From positions 13,206,001 through 13,270,000 of the forward strand of contig OX597823.1 of NCBI GenBank assembly GCA_951406725.2: a DNA stretch of 64,000 bases. Reading direction: 5' to 3'. Below are positions 40,190 through 54,325 of this stretch, one piece after another. Origin of the DNA: Octopus vulgaris. Taxonomy: Eukaryota. The notes below the pieces were generated by a model. It was not told the origin of the DNA, made no database searches, and saw nothing but the letters and a program-made list of their open reading frames with translations. Position 1 is the first letter of the stretch; each line of letters starts with the position of its first letter. The position numbers and the translations under genes are program-made.

Positions 40190-40815
40190 ATTATACAGAT
40201 ATATTGAGACGATGTGTTTTAGGGAATAGATATTTATGAACAGAGAAAATATATTTCATTGACGTGGTTTTCAATTATTTTAATCAGGAGGAAGTGGAGA
40301 CTGTATTCCTTAAATAATAGTCTCCTACCTCTCGATATGAGGCTTATATTTAAACATGTAATCTTCATATATCAACATAGGTTTCTCTTGCTTCTGTATA
40401 ACTTAATCTCCCCTAAACGAGCAGTGCTTTGAATAAATGTGTTTAAAGCCATAGCTACGTTGAGTTACTTTCAAGTATATTATGATTTAGTTAGGAGCCT
40501 TAGTCAGAAACCTTTTTCTAAGACTAATACATCGCGCTTTCATTGGCTCCTGTCACAGTAGGAGCTGTACTTTGTACTTCGAGGTTACGAAACATTACAA
40601 TTGTACGGACATTTGGTCTTAGATTAATGGTAGAACAGGTAATAAATATTTTTGTATTGGCCGTTAGTGTAGGCAATATGCATCGAAGAACTAATCTGAT
40701 TACAAATGGTACTGTTCGGGAATAGAATATATACATAATTACATTCCCTGATATGTGTTAAGCAGTAGCGTTCTACAATTCCTTGCTTGTGTATGTGTGC
40801 GCTCGCGCGTGTGTA

Positions 40816-41696
40816 TTGGTCATCCCATAAATTATGCCTTTTTTATACTTATTATATATTTCAAAATTAACAAAATTCTTTTTTAATCTAACATATACCA
40901 TCTCCTATTTATCTGGTAGACTTGCAAGGCCCTTCTTCCAAAATTCACTTGTCCGTGACGAAAACTACACCTCCAGTACTATTCTGACATTGTCTACAGG
41001 ATTCACGTTTTTTCCGTCCAAATGGTTTTGAAGACAGCAGAATAAATAATAATCAGATGGGGCAACGTCCGGCGAATAAGTTGGGTGGGGCATCGTTTCC
41101 CATTCAAACTTCTCCAGCATTTGGAATATTAACCTCGCTGTATATATTCGAACATTTTTCTGATGGAAGAAAATCTTGCGTCTTGAAACGAAAGAGGGTC
41201 GTTTTTATTCTAAAGCTGACTTGAATGACATGCTGAACAACCAAATCCAAGCTTCTCTGCTAGTTCCTCAACAGTTACGATGAGACATTGTTCTTCCAGG
41301 GTTTGCAGGTCGTCCTCCTCGAGTTCTACAGATCTTCCAGGTCATGGCTCGTCTTCTAGGGTGTAGTTTCCGGCTCGGAATTTCTAGAACCACTGTAGAC
41401 GCTAGATTGTGCTTATTGTCGGATCCCCATATACTGCATTGATATCCCTCGCACTAGCCGTTGCGTTGTTGAACTCATAAAGCAAAAATATGCTGAACAT
41501 GTTCCAGTCTCTTCCATTATAGCTTTGAAAAAATAACTGTTAAACTCGAACCGCTCTCTTCAAAACTTGCACTAAGAATAAGGACAAAATAAAATTACTT
41601 CCTGCTTTTATAGCAAGTTGATGCTGATAGTTTATCCCATTCCCCTCCGACTTTTAGTTCATGCAATTGAAAAGACTGCATTATTTATGGGATGAC

Positions 41697-41700
<4 letters not shown>
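40816..41700 (-). mobile_element. Internally deleted mariner with both TIRs
   Basis: TA-flanked TIRs TT(G)GGTCATCCCATAAAT.ATGC. N-terminal LYEFN..ATASARDINAVYG...KFRAGNYTLEDEP and C-terminal WETMPHPTYSPDVAPSDYYLF. Confidence 0.92.
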
Positions 41701-41738
<38 letters not shown>

Positions 41739-41812
41739 TGTGTGTGTGTGTGTGTATATGTATGTATTTATGTATGTATGTGTGTATGAATGTATGTATG
41801 TATGCATGTATG

Positions 41813-41872
<60 letters not shown>

Positions 41873-42344
41873 TGTAAGTGTACGTTCGAATGTGTGTGTA
41901 TTTACACACACACATACACACTCCTGTTCCCCATTCAATATATAAATTTCATATCATTTTTATTCCATAATTCCATGTTTTTTTTTACAGACCTATTATA
42001 CTTTTTTTTCTCTTCCAGAAGCGTTATAAGCAATTTTTCGTCCTGAAGGACTTGAATTTTATTCCAGAATAACATCATAATTAATACCACCTCTAGATAT
42101 TTTGAGCATTATTAATAATTTGCATGCGCATGTATGTGCATATGTGTGTGTGCGTGTGAGTGTGTGTGCTCGCCTATATATGTATGTGTGCCTATGTATG
42201 TATGTATGTATGTATGTATGTATGTATGTATGTATGTATGTATGTATGTATGTATGTATGCATGCATGTATGTCTGTACGTATGTATGCGTGCATGTATG
42301 TTTGAATGACTCTCTCACTCATTCTCTCTTTAAATATATATACG

Positions 42345-42379
<35 letters not shown>

Positions 42380-42444
42380 TTATATATATATATACATATT
42401 TATATATATACACATGCACACGCACACACACACATATGTATATG

Positions 42445-42500
<56 letters not shown>

Positions 42501-42569
42501 CATGTATGTGTATATATATATATGTATATGTTTGCATGCATGTATATATATGTATATATATATGTATGC

Positions 42570-42602
<33 letters not shown>

Positions 42603-44510
42603 ATTAAATGCTTCAAATTTGAATTCAGTTTGTCTAATAATAGGAAGCAAAGAAGTATAAATTTCAAGTGAGTGCATCGCTGAAATAATAAATATCGAAA
42701 TAAAATTTTATTTAGAAAATATGGTTCTATTTATGCTAACCGCTAATAAGGTTGGTGTCACTTCGAACGGAAATATGATTGACTAGATTCTATTTTAAAA
42801 AAGAAACAAGGAAAAAATACAGAAAATTTCGTAAGAAAGAATAGTTGCTATGGTGACGTTGACGTTTATAAAATGAACACAAGGAAAGTAATTATTGTAA
42901 TTGCCAAAGGTTAAGCTGTAAGCAATTACCAGGTAAAAAAAACTGCTTTTCCTATCAGAAATGATTTATAAAATTGCATCCGCATATTCATCCTTGAATA
43001 TCGTATACAAGCTACAATAATTCAAGTTTATAAGATAGCTAACATTGCTTCTAGTAATCTTTCAAATTACGTTCAGCCATGTTATAATAGACCTATAGTT
43101 GAAAATAAATTGTATCGGGTAAACGTGAATGCTTAAGAGTAGAATATTTTTCACCATAGATCCGCTTGATCGGGATTGATTGATGGATTACAAATAGCAT
43201 TCAAAGCGGCTAGAGATGAATGAATGCCTTGGTATTGGAGAAATATAGTCTGATAAACAAGAAAATATTGTATTATCAATCCATGGCACTGCATCTAAAA
43301 TACTCTGGAAACAAAGAGATGTCTATTCAGTTCATTCTAAAAAGCTAATGCATGCTATTCTCTAAAAATAACTATTCCTCCAGATCTAGAAAATATAACC
43401 ATTGTTGCTCGTTTCTTTCAGAAACAATGGATTATCATTGCTTTGTAAACATTAATATATTCAGAGACAATGCAGTTACTGAATCAAATACACTAAAAGT
43501 AAGATATCACCTGCACATGCAAAATGTACAGTTTCTTGCCACATTTCTCGAAAGACCTCTTAGGCTCTCCAAATACACGAAGCATCTGCAATTGACTAAA
43601 TGAATAAAATATTTCTTGACTTGTACTTACTTCATTGAATAGAGTGCGAAACAAAATAAAGCGAATATATCTACATTGAAGCACTCTAATATTTCTGACA
43701 TTATCTGCAGTATAAATACTATAATAAAAAATAATATTTCTATCAGGGATGATAGCGATAATGAAACTGTTGATTACTTATATTACAATAATATTTTCCG
43801 CTACGCCAGTATTAAAGAAGAAAATGTTGCGTATTTATTATAGCAAATTATTGTTAAAGAATACAGTATTAGATATGAAGAAAAAAAGCGTTAATGAGGC
43901 TTTGATAATACACAAGTTAAGAAATCAATGTAATTTCTTCTACGAATCTAACACTTTTCTTTTGGATCAAAGAGAGATGATTAAGCCACAGATTGAAAGA
44001 AAAGAATTGCGTCACATTAATTGTGTGTTCAATTATCTTTTAGGCTTTAAAAGTATTGTGTTAAAACATCTAGAGAAAATATATTTGGAACTAAATACAA
44101 ATGATACTACTCAATAAAAATACACTCGAAGCGCCAATATTCTGCTGTCGTCATATGTTAAGAGTGGATTTAGTATTACAATATTTTGGTTCAAACCCCG
44201 AGGGTGCAGATGCGATTTATTATACGTTTCTGCAGAATCTACAAGCGTGTGAGCCGCTATATTATATTTATTGTTATATTTCTAATATCAACACCATCTT
44301 TAACTATGTTTATCTTGTGTCAAGAAAATTAGTAGAAATATATTGAATTTTAGGCATCTGGTCACCATCGCTTATTTGATACCCTCTTTCGAAATATATT
44401 GCAGGAGTAAATTCAGGAAATATTTCTATCACAGTTACTTACAAAATTCATTACATTGATAGACATTACTTAAGGTCCGTTAAAAGTCCTGCTGTAATAT
44501 ACATAATATG

Positions 44511-44773
44511 GTGGAGGCGGACTCGTGTGTTCGAATCTCAGACCAGGCGATGTGTGTGTTTATGAGCGAAACATCTAAGTTCCACACGGTTCCGGCAGAA
44601 GATAATGGCAAAACCTCTGCTGACTTTCTCTCCACAATTTTCTCTCACTCTTTCCTCCTACATCTTGCAGTTTACCTGCGACGGACCGGCGTCCCGTCCA
44701 GGTGGGGAACCTATATGCCAAGGAAACCGGCCCTTATGAGCCAGGCATGCCTCGAGAAGGAGCAAACAACAAC
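44511..44773 (+). mobile_element. SINE with partly deleted group B head and alternative tail 2
   Basis: 15-bp TSD AATATACATAATATG at 44496-44510 and 44774-44788; (CAA)n tail. Confidence 0.85.
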
Positions 44774-45532
44774 AATATACATAATATGATCTTCATTATT
44801 TCCTGTAAATATGTCTTTGACAGAGTTGCAAACCACCAATGAAATAATGTAGAATAGTGGAATCAGAAAATTTGCGTATGTATTTCCTCAAACTTAGCTC
44901 CATCCAGATTAATAAGATCAAAACCCGTGAAACACCAATCGCAATGCAATCGCATTCAATATCCAATATTCGCAAGGACAGCTTAAACGTTTAACCGTCA
45001 AAAATTAAAAAAACAATAGTTGAACGAGGAGTATGGAAAATACTGCAGTTAACAAAATAGGTCACGAATCCGACAATCAACAAAGGTTTTTATGGACAGT
45101 TCTCCGAGTAATTTCGTTAAATAATGCTGCGTTTTGGAGTATTTCAGATGTTAAAACAAAGAATTATGCCTCTTCAGCATTTCATGCACAGCTGAATCCC
45201 TAATTTATCTACCAGTCGTAGAAGTAAAATTTACTTTATCATTCAGATTTACGACAATTTCAAAAGCTGGCAGTTAAGTTTAACATTTATAGATGCAGAA
45301 AAGTGGCAATACTAAACCGTACATGTTGCTTAAAATAATATATTATTCATAGATTATTATATATTTCAGCAACCAGTACACTGTGTCTAGAAATTGTTAT
45401 GACCTCCGCCACAGCGAAAGATATTTCATCCTGGATAATATATAGCAGAATGAAGTACAGCACAAATTTGTTGGTGACAACGATTGATGTGTTTTAACTT
45501 TGCATTCCCAAATGCACTCTCGGTATAAAGAG

Positions 45533-45912
45533 GCGGCGAGCTGGCAGAAACGTTAGCGCGCCGGGCGAAATGCTTAACGGTATTTCGTCTGCCGTTACGT
45601 TCTGAGTTCAAACTCCACCGAGGTTGACTTTGCCTTTCATCCTTTCGGGGTCGATTAAATAAGTACCAGTTACGCACTGGAGTCGATATTATCTCTGTGT
45701 TTAGCCCCTTGTGGGTAGTAAAGAAATAGGTATTTCGTCTGCCACTACGTTCGGAGTTCAAATTCCGCCGAGGTCAACTTTGCCTTTCATCCTTTCGGGG
45801 TCGATAAATTAAGTACCAGTTACGCACTGGGGTCGATGTAATCGACTTAATCCATCTGTCTGTCCTTGTTTGTCCCCTCTGTGTTTAGCCCCTTGTGGGT
45901 AGTAAAGAAATA
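45533..45912 (+). mobile_element. SINE group D head-to-tail dimer
   Basis: Second unit restarts at AAGAAATA-GGTATTTCGTC (about 45729). 11-bp TSD GGTATAAAGAG at 45522-45532 and 45913-45923. Confidence 0.92.
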
Positions 45913-46311
45913 GGTATAAAGAGAAAGTAAATACCATTACAACGGGAGGCTCGTTTCACAGATTGTTACTTGCCGTGTACAAAGCAAAACAGAAGAATGG
46001 AAAGTGAAGAAATGAGCTGAAGAAAAATTGCAGTAAGTGTATCACTAGCCACACCCATCCGATGACTACACGAGTACAAGGACTTGGGGAATCCTAAGGA
46101 ATAGAAGGTTTTAAGTAAGGTGTTGATATCAGTGCATAAAATATGTACTGCACTAAAGCTACAGAATTCTCTCTTTAATTGAGGCAGTATTGAGTTCTTT
46201 CCTTGTGCTGTATAGACATTTAATGCGGTTTTAGAGTCAGCTCTTGGCTGCTATTTTCAGTATGGCGGTATCTCTTAGATACCCTAACTTATTATTATTA
46301 TTATATATATA

Positions 46312-46706
46312 CTAGCAGTATCGCCCGGCGTTGCTCGGGTTTGTAAGGGAAATAACTATAAAGCATTTTTAGAGAGTTATAGCCAAAAAATAGCAAAAAA
46401 ATAGCGAAAAAATGGAAAAAAATTTATGGTAAATTTTTTTGAGAGTTAAAAAGGTCGAGTTGCGTCCCCTAGACAGTCTGTGGTTTGTGTTTCTGATTCT
46501 CGACCCCATGTCAAATTTATCGATTTTTTTTCAGAACTGGGGGAACTTTTCAAAATTTTCGCTGCGTTAGTTTTGAATTATGACATTGGGCTATGTGTGT
46601 GTCAAGTTTCATCAGAATCGATTGAAAGCCGTGGTCAGGGTGAGGCTACAACCTAACAGACACACAGACACGCAGACAGACAAACTGCCGTTTATAAAGA
46701 GAGAGA
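46312..46706 (-). mobile_element. Non-autonomous Helitron
   Basis: Minus strand starts with TC and ends with hairpin CCCGAGCAACGCCGGG followed by CGATACTG-CTAG. Inserted between A and T with no TSD. Confidence 0.85.
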
Positions 46707-46940
46707 TTATTCAAGTTGATATATCTCTGTGTTGCAATTCTCTTCTGAATATCAATTATTTTCTGTTTTTACCCTACCTAACCGCAAATGAGCGACGGAC
46801 CTTGATAAAAACTAAGGTTGTTGCCAGTGCTGTGGCCACAAGTAAATCTCCAAACACAATCTTCGTTAACGTGACAATGACCTTTTCTATCTTTTACATT
46901 TTTCAGACGTTAGACTGTGGCCATGCTGGGGCACCGCTTT

Positions 46941-47162
46941 GACTGGGTTCTCTTGCTTGTGTGGCATGGTACTGAGTTTTGTTGCCAGATATTGTGTCTT
47001 CTAGCAGCCGCTCTCTTGACTCAAGGCAGCACGACCTCCTCCAGACACTTAATGTAGGCCTCCGTGTTGAGTCTGAGGCTGTGTGGGAAGATGAATGGAA
47101 GCATAATGGCGCCATGACTAGTGATCACTCACTCCAAACATCAAGATGTTGACCGCATGTTT
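46941..47162 (-). mobile_element. Tc1/mariner-superfamily transposase fragment (probably maT/DD37D type)
   Basis: Manual translation KHAVNILMFGV/ITSHGAIMLPFIFPHSLRLNTEAYIKCLEEVVLP*VKRAAARRHNIWQQNSVPCHTSKRTQS. Confidence 0.72.
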
Positions 47163-47178
47163 GATTTTTATATATATA

Positions 47179-48644
47179 CTAGCAGTATCGCCCGGCGTTG
47201 CTCGGGTTTGTTTCGACCCGCTAGAATTGTAATTTTGAAAAGTAAAAATTTTGTGAACATTTTTCTGGTCGATACACACCGAAAAGTGGCGACACAGCAG
47301 TCAAAAAATCGTAAAAAATAGGGATTTTCATAGAAAAAAGCATCTTTTTGATGTAAATAATTTTTGGTGTTAACATGGTCCGATTTGAATTTTATGTTCT
47401 ACGGAAGGAAGAGCAACCCTTCTTCTATCATACTCTCAATTTTGGTCAACTTGCGCCGCAGGGTCTCGGAGGAGATAGTGTTAGTTGAAGGTTACCAAAC
47501 GTGGCGCACACAGACAACTTTAGCTTTATATAGAGATAACACACACACATTAATACACATACATAGACACACACACACATGTATGTATGGATGTATATAT
47601 GGGTACTTGTATCGCAGAGTGGTCCCGGTTGCGCACACGCGGATTCGCGCGTGCGAGCCAGACGTAGGTACTCGATACTCGATCGCCCTTAAATAATTAC
47701 TTTTTTTTACAGAAACGCGAACGTATATAACGCGCAAAATTATTCCGTAGAATTTATCAAATTAAATAACGCAAAATTGATATATTTTTTGAAATTGCAA
47801 ATTATTTAGAATATAAAAATCTGGCTGCTATTTCTAGGTGCCTGAGTAACAACTTCGTGGATTTACAGATAAATGAATTAATTACTATTTTACAGAATAA
47901 AATTAAATAATTCTTGAAAATTAATTAATATTAATATTTTTTGAACAAAGTAAATAATTTTTAAAACTTAAATAATAATTTTTTTTACACAAACGCGAAC
48001 GGGGAAAAGGGGGTGGCGAATTCGATTTTTTTATTTTCGTTGAATGAATATAAAAAATGTATAATATATGTTGTACATACCTAAATTTTTTCTTTTTCAT
48101 GACATTGTAGCAAAATAGTAGTGAATTATATAAATACCAGCAGTACATTTTTTTTCTGGGGTATTTTTTTTCAACCTCGTCACATATTTGCCCCTTTCAA
48201 TTTAAACAAAGTCTTAATTAATCAATTACGGCAGCTTAGCAATGGTTTCAATACAGGCGTGACATCTGTATCTCAATTGTTCAAAACCCTTCGAATTTTT
48301 TCGCACGTGATGATATCATAGTGAAAACTTTCAATTACGCGCGCTTAGAAGAACGCACGCAAATTAATACTACCAAAATTTTGAAGTTCGCGCTCCGCTT
48401 GTGTGTGTGTGTGTGCGTGCTTTAGGTGTACGTAGGTATGTGTTTTTGTGTGTGTGTGTCACTGAAGCCATACATACATATATACATAAATAAACTCTCT
48501 CTCTCTTTTCTCTCTCAGTCACTCACTACAAAAAGTGAATAAAAAAAGTTCAGTTATTTCTGTCTTTCACTCTCTGTGTCTCTTTACACACACTAACAAA
48601 AGCACTTCACTTACACACAACACTTTCTGTGTCGCACAACCCAT

Positions 48645-48691
<47 letters not shown>

Positions 48692-49451
48692 GCACGCACA
48701 CATTTACATCAATGCTTTCGGAGTGAAATGTTAAAATATTGAGTTTTCTCGAATTTTGTCTTAATTGGGGGTGAAATTGAAAGAAATTTGTTATGGCATG
48801 ACCGAATGGAGTACTTTGAAAAATCTTAGGTAAACTCTAATTGAAGAAATTGTGTGAGGAGTAAATCGTTATGTATTTATTTGTTTCTGTTTGCTGTGTT
48901 TTTTTTATTTTTTGAGTAGTGGTTTAAGGTACACTTGCAAAGAGAAAGTGGGAGAAATTATGTTGATAGCATGCGTGATCCGTTTTATAGAAATACTTTC
49001 AGTTTAGTCTTCCTCAAATCACTCTGTCGCTATTTACTCTCTTCCAAGAACATTTTCACTCACTCTTATCTCTTAGCTTGCCATACATTTTACTCATGTA
49101 TCTATCAGCGTGATAGACAGAAACAAATATTACATCGCCATCGCATTCTATTGTCTACCTGTCAACACACACACAGTGTATTAGTTTCGCTTTATTCGTT
49201 GCACACTGTGTGTGTGCGTTTGCGTGTGCTGTAAACCAGATTAAGAAAAGCATTTGACATACACACCAGAATGTGAGTTTTCTGTAAATTTTGCTTAATT
49301 GGAGTTTAAATTTTAAAAACTGGACCTGGCATGACCCGATGCATTCTACTCTTAAAAATGCTAGGTAAATTGTAATTGAAGAAATCCTATATTGTAGATT
49401 TCTATAAGTGACAAAGGGAGGCAGATAAAATCTGCCTTTTATAATAAGAGA
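47179..49451 (-). mobile_element. Composite Helitron (short unit 47179-47536 plus extension to a second 5' end at 49451)
   Basis: Same 3' hairpin and CTAG as the 46312 copy. TC-type 5' ends at 47536 and 49451 (TCTCTTATTATAAAAGGCAGATTTTATCTGCC). Confidence 0.7.
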
Positions 49452-49594
49452 TATTTGATTAATATATATATATATATTAGAAGGTTTGGAGATGATGTAC
49501 AGGTATTTTATATTAGAAGAAATGAGGTACTCAGAAATTCGGATGGTTTTTATTTACAGATATTTATTTGTATATTACATGTTTTTATACATCA

Positions 49595-50768
49595 CTAGCA
49601 GTATCGCCCGGCGTTGCTCGGTTGTAAGGGAAATAACTACATAAGCATTTTTAGAGAGTTATAGCCAAAAAATAGCAAAAAAATGCATTAAAAATTGAAA
49701 AAAAATTAAGGTAAATTTTTTTTTAATCGTTGACACATCGTAGATATTTTTAGAGAGTTACTTCCCTTATATAAAAGCGAAAAAAATGCATTAAAATGGA
49801 AAAATATGATGGTAAATGTTTTTAAAATCGTAGACTCATCGTAGACGCGCGCTAATACCCAGAAGGGCTCGATATGAATCACGACTATAAGATACCCGGT
49901 TTTGGTTAAACTGCATCAGAAAATGTGGGAGTAGTTACGAATCTAAATTGTAGGAGACAGACACACAACTTCACTGTTATATAAAGATGCTTTTTTTTTC
50001 CAGTCATAGAGTTAGATTTATGAAGGTCTTCAGTAGAAAATCCTTCGAATTCTGACTCGCTGCTTGATATAATGAAATTCGTATCCATTTTTTGTCAAAA
50101 TTACAAATTTTGAAAACACAATGGGAACAAATTTCGGAAAAAAATCTCCCATAATTCACGGAATTAAAATTACACTTCGATTTTTGTACAAAACTGTATT
50201 TGAAGTGTTTACGAAGTATAATACGTGTTTTCACGAATGTACTAAAGAGATTTACTCTGATATTCTCATTTAAATATGAATAGGTAAATTCCGGCGGTTT
50301 GGTAACGAAAGGGTTTATATAAGTGTCGTCTGTTTATACATAAACACTGTTTCATACTTTCAGTTTAGTCTTCCTCAAATCACTCTGTCGCTAATTTACT
50401 CTCTTCCAAGAAGATTTTCACTCACTCTTATGTGTTAGCTTCCCATACATTTTACTCATGTATCTATCAGCGTGATAGACAGAAACAAATATTACATCTA
50501 GTTTTACTTTATTGGTTGCACACTGTGTGTGTGCGTCTGCGTGTGGTGTAAACCAGACTAAGAAAAGCATTTGACACACGCACCAGAATGTGAGTTTTCT
50601 GTAAATTTTGCTTAATTGGAGTTTAAATTTTAAAAACTGGACCTGGCATGACGCGATGCATTGTACTCTTAAAAATGCTAGGTAAATTGTAATTGAAGAA
50701 ATCCTATATTGTAGATTTCTATAACTCCCAAAGGGAGGCAGATAAAATCTGCCTTTTATAATAAGAGA
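49595..50768 (-). mobile_element. Composite Helitron (short unit 49595-49987 plus extension to a second 5' end at 50768)
   Basis: Same 3' hairpin and CTAG. Segment 50355-50768 repeats 48994-49451, including the 5' terminus. Confidence 0.72.
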
Positions 50769-50799
50769 TATGTGTGTGTATTTATATATATACATATAA

Positions 50800-50849
<50 letters not shown>

Positions 50850-51665
50850 TACATACATAAACGAAAACATGAGCATATGCGTGTTCATCCTACAACATGT
50901 TTCAACTTAAAGGGCTGCATTTCCAAACATATAGAGCTGCAAAATAGCAATGCATACGAATGTTGGTCATAGTGTAGCTAGACATGCAAATATATGAAAC
51001 ATTTTGACTACAGCACTGCGTCATCTTTTACAGAATTCCCTGAGAAAATTGAGACCGTTACTTAAGTTAATGCTTGGTTCCGTGGACTTGCTTTCATGGG
51101 CATCTTTAACAACACAGATATCATTAAACATTTCACATGGGAATGCAGAATAGTCTCACCACCCCTCCTTCTCCATGTTTTAGTAATGAAAACAAAAAGA
51201 TAGAGACACTGAAACTAACATCTAGAAACCGACAAACCCTACATATTATTTGTTATTTATATTTTTACATCCCCAAAACATGGCAAATGTGAAACAAGTT
51301 AAATAAATACCATTGTTTAAAGACTCCAAATCTATTTTCAACTTTTACAGCCTTTACCTTTAATACTGCTACCCACGGGAGAAATATTTTACTCTCCTGT
51401 ACACACACACACACACACACATACACACACTCACACTCAAAAACATACCCATACACACTCACACAAGCACACAGACGCATACGCACATAAACACAGAAAT
51501 GATCCTTATTTGCTTCCTTTTCCAAAATGAATCCTTATATTGAACTCTAATATTTCTCCCCATTCAACGATATCCCTAATATCACAGAAACAGCTGTAAG
51601 ACTAACTCTCTCTATAAATATCCTGAAAAGTCCACACAGCCTTGGGTTTGTTGTCTCATTTTATT

Positions 51666-51762
<97 letters not shown>

Positions 51763-51768
51763 TGTATA

Positions 51769-52584
51769 CTAGGTGGTATCAAAACGTCCCCGGTTTAGTT
51801 ATGTTTAATAAAAAATAACTTATTTACCTAAGTTTTATTATCATCGCCTTCGAAATAGTTACCTTGTGCAACAATTCACCGGTTCCAGTGTTCCTCCTAC
51901 TCCTGGAATCTGGCCCGGAAGTTGTTTTCCGTGAGCGAGTCGAGGACCTTCTGCTATTTGCTCTTAATCTCGACAACGTGTGTTAAAATGGCAACCTCTG
52001 AGCTGAATTTTCATTTTGGGGAATAGATGGAAACCTGCAGGTGCTAAATCTGGAGAATAGGGCGGGTGCAGAATCGATGCTATCCCAATTTTAGCGGGCA
52101 ACTTATGAGTGAGAAGAACTCGGTGAGAGGGTAAATTGTTATCGTGAAGACTTCAATTCTTCGCTCTCCACAGATTCGGGAACTTCAAAACGTCGCGGTA
52201 GAACTTACGATTGATTCTCTGGCTCTGGGGGACGAATTTTAGAAGCACAATATCACATTTAATTGCCACTCGAGACAATGCGTACGACGAATTGCCTCGT
52301 CGCTCTAAGCTTGCCGAAGCATGCTCGATGTCTCTCTAGCTGACTTCTCAAGTTTAACGTAAAATTTCACGTTGGTCTTTATTCCTGTTCATGACAAAAT
52401 CGCAAGCTACATCATACGAGTGATCACAAAAGCATAAATTTCACAACTTGTGAAGTAAACACAGCAATGTCACCCGGCACACTGCCTCATGAAGGTTACA
52501 ATTAGCTCTCACTGTTCATGCAACCGTGCGCTGTCATGTGTTCGCGCGCTCCAGAACTAGTCCGGAAATTTTTGATGCTTGCCA
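51769..52584 (-). mobile_element. Internally deleted, decayed mariner
   Basis: Degenerate TIRs (ATCAAAACGTCCCCGGTTTAGTT / AACTAGTCCGGAAATTTTTGAT). C-terminal ILHPPYSPDLAPAGFHLFPKMKIQLRG...QGNYFEGD. Confidence 0.88.
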
Positions 52585-52667
52585 TATGCTTGCCTTAAAT
52601 CTTAAGACATACAAGTGTATGATATATACATGCGCTCACAGTTTCTCTATAATACATATCATATGCA

Positions 52668-52899
52668 GGACGCCAAGCTGGCAGAATCGTTAGCACGCCG
52701 GGCGAAATGCTTAGCAGTATTTCGTCTGCTGCTCCATGCTGAGTTCAAATTCCGCCAAGGGAGACTTTGCCTTTCATCCTTTCGGGTCGATAAATTAAGT
52801 ACCAGTTACGCACTGGTGTCGATGTAATCGACTTAATCCCTTTGTCTGTCCTTGTTTGTCCCTTCTATGTTTAACCCCTTCTGTGCAATAAAGAAATAA
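52668..52899 (+). mobile_element. SINE group D (monomer)
   Basis: Matches the 45533 and 39620 units. Confidence 0.9.
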
Positions 52900-53254
52900 A
52901 TATATATAATATGCGTGCTTGTTCGAGCGCATTGGAGTGTATTCAGCAGGTATTATTCTTCATATATATTCTGCATCAGCAATTGGAAAAAAAGCTTTCG
53001 ATAACCTTTCTAATATTAAACTTTCAAATGTTATTACGCGTCCTGTATTGAATATAATAATATATGACGCAGTTGCTAGAAATTAGAAATATAGATTCAC
53101 CAGATATAATACGACTATTATTAGTTGCGTGTTATTAGCTGTCCTTTGTTAGCAATTAATTTTACCAGATGCTAATGTGCTATACTTCACGTCTATTTTG
53201 TATTTCTTCCTCAAACGGCAAGATTATGAAAAAGGGCTGCTACTACTTCTAATG

Positions 53255-53670
53255 GAGATGATGAGGATGTAGATGGTGGTAGTGGAGGTGATGGTGGTGT
53301 TGGTGGTGGTGGTGGTGGTAGTGGTGGTGGTGGTGATGATGATGGTGGTGGTGATGGTGGCGTTAATGATGATGATGGTGGTGGTGATAATGATAATGGT
53401 AAAGGTGGTGGTGGTGGTGGTGGTGGTGGTGGTGGTGGTTTTGGTGATAATAGTCAAGATGATTATGGTGGTGCTAGCCGTGGTGGAGGTGGTAATGGTG
53501 ATGATGGTGGTGGTGGTGGTGATGGTGGCGTTAATGATGATGATGGTGGTGGTGATAATGATGATAATGATGATGACGGTGGTGGTGGTGGTGGTGGTGG
53601 TGGTGGTTTTGGTGATAATTGTCAAGATGATTATGGTGGTGCTAGCCGTGGTGGAGGTGGTAGATAATGA
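53255..53670. repeat. (GTG/ATG)n compound tract with higher-order duplication
   Basis: The block GGCGTTAATGATG...GTCAAGATGATTATGGTGGTGCTAGCCGTGGTGGAGG occurs twice. Confidence 0.92.
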
Positions 53671-54023
53671 TTAAGATAAAGATGGCTTTTGGTTTAGGTA
53701 CATGGACAACAATTCTGAGGGGTGACGATTAGCGTATCCGATTTGCATCAGTAATTCACTGGTGTTCATTTTACGAAATCTGTAAAGATCAAAGGGAAAA
53801 TTTGAACGCAAATAGTATAATGAAAGATAACATTGGAAAGATTTTTTCCGAGACTTTAACGATTCTGACAAAACTCTAGGAAGGAAGCAACAGTCAAAAA
53901 TAAAAAGTAAAAAATAAAATGAAGACAAATTAACAAACTATGAAAAAGGTAAAAAAGAAGACGAAGAAATGGATAGACCGAGAAGGATCACAAAACAATA
54001 AGAACAAGAAAAGAAAAGATATA

Positions 54024-54072
<49 letters not shown>

Positions 54073-54083
54073 ATGATGATGAC

Positions 54084-54122
<39 letters not shown>

Positions 54123-54243
54123 CATGACGATCATGATGATGACGATGATGATGATGATGACGATGATGATGGTGATGGTGATGATGATGATGACGATGAT
54201 GATGATGATGGTGATGATGACGATGATGATGACGATGATGATG

Positions 54244-54275
<32 letters not shown>

Positions 54276-54325
54276 GATGATAACGATGATGACGATGACG
54301 ATGATGATGATGATGACGATGGCGA
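54024..54325. repeat. (GAT)n tract
   Basis: Read directly; produces the poly-D/M/S/I ORFs. Confidence 0.96.

Noticed and set aside
40560-40638. AG/GT-bounded open segment on the + strand
   Set aside because: No recognisable protein and no partner exons; expected by chance.
43352-44346. Cluster of AT-rich ORFs and two minus-strand exon-like segments
   Set aside because: No recognisable domain, and the implied intron is only about 46 nt.
49990-50316. piggyBac-like end (…GGTAACGAAAGGGTT) inside the Helitron composite
   Set aside because: Only one end is visible and the TTAA site is not intact.
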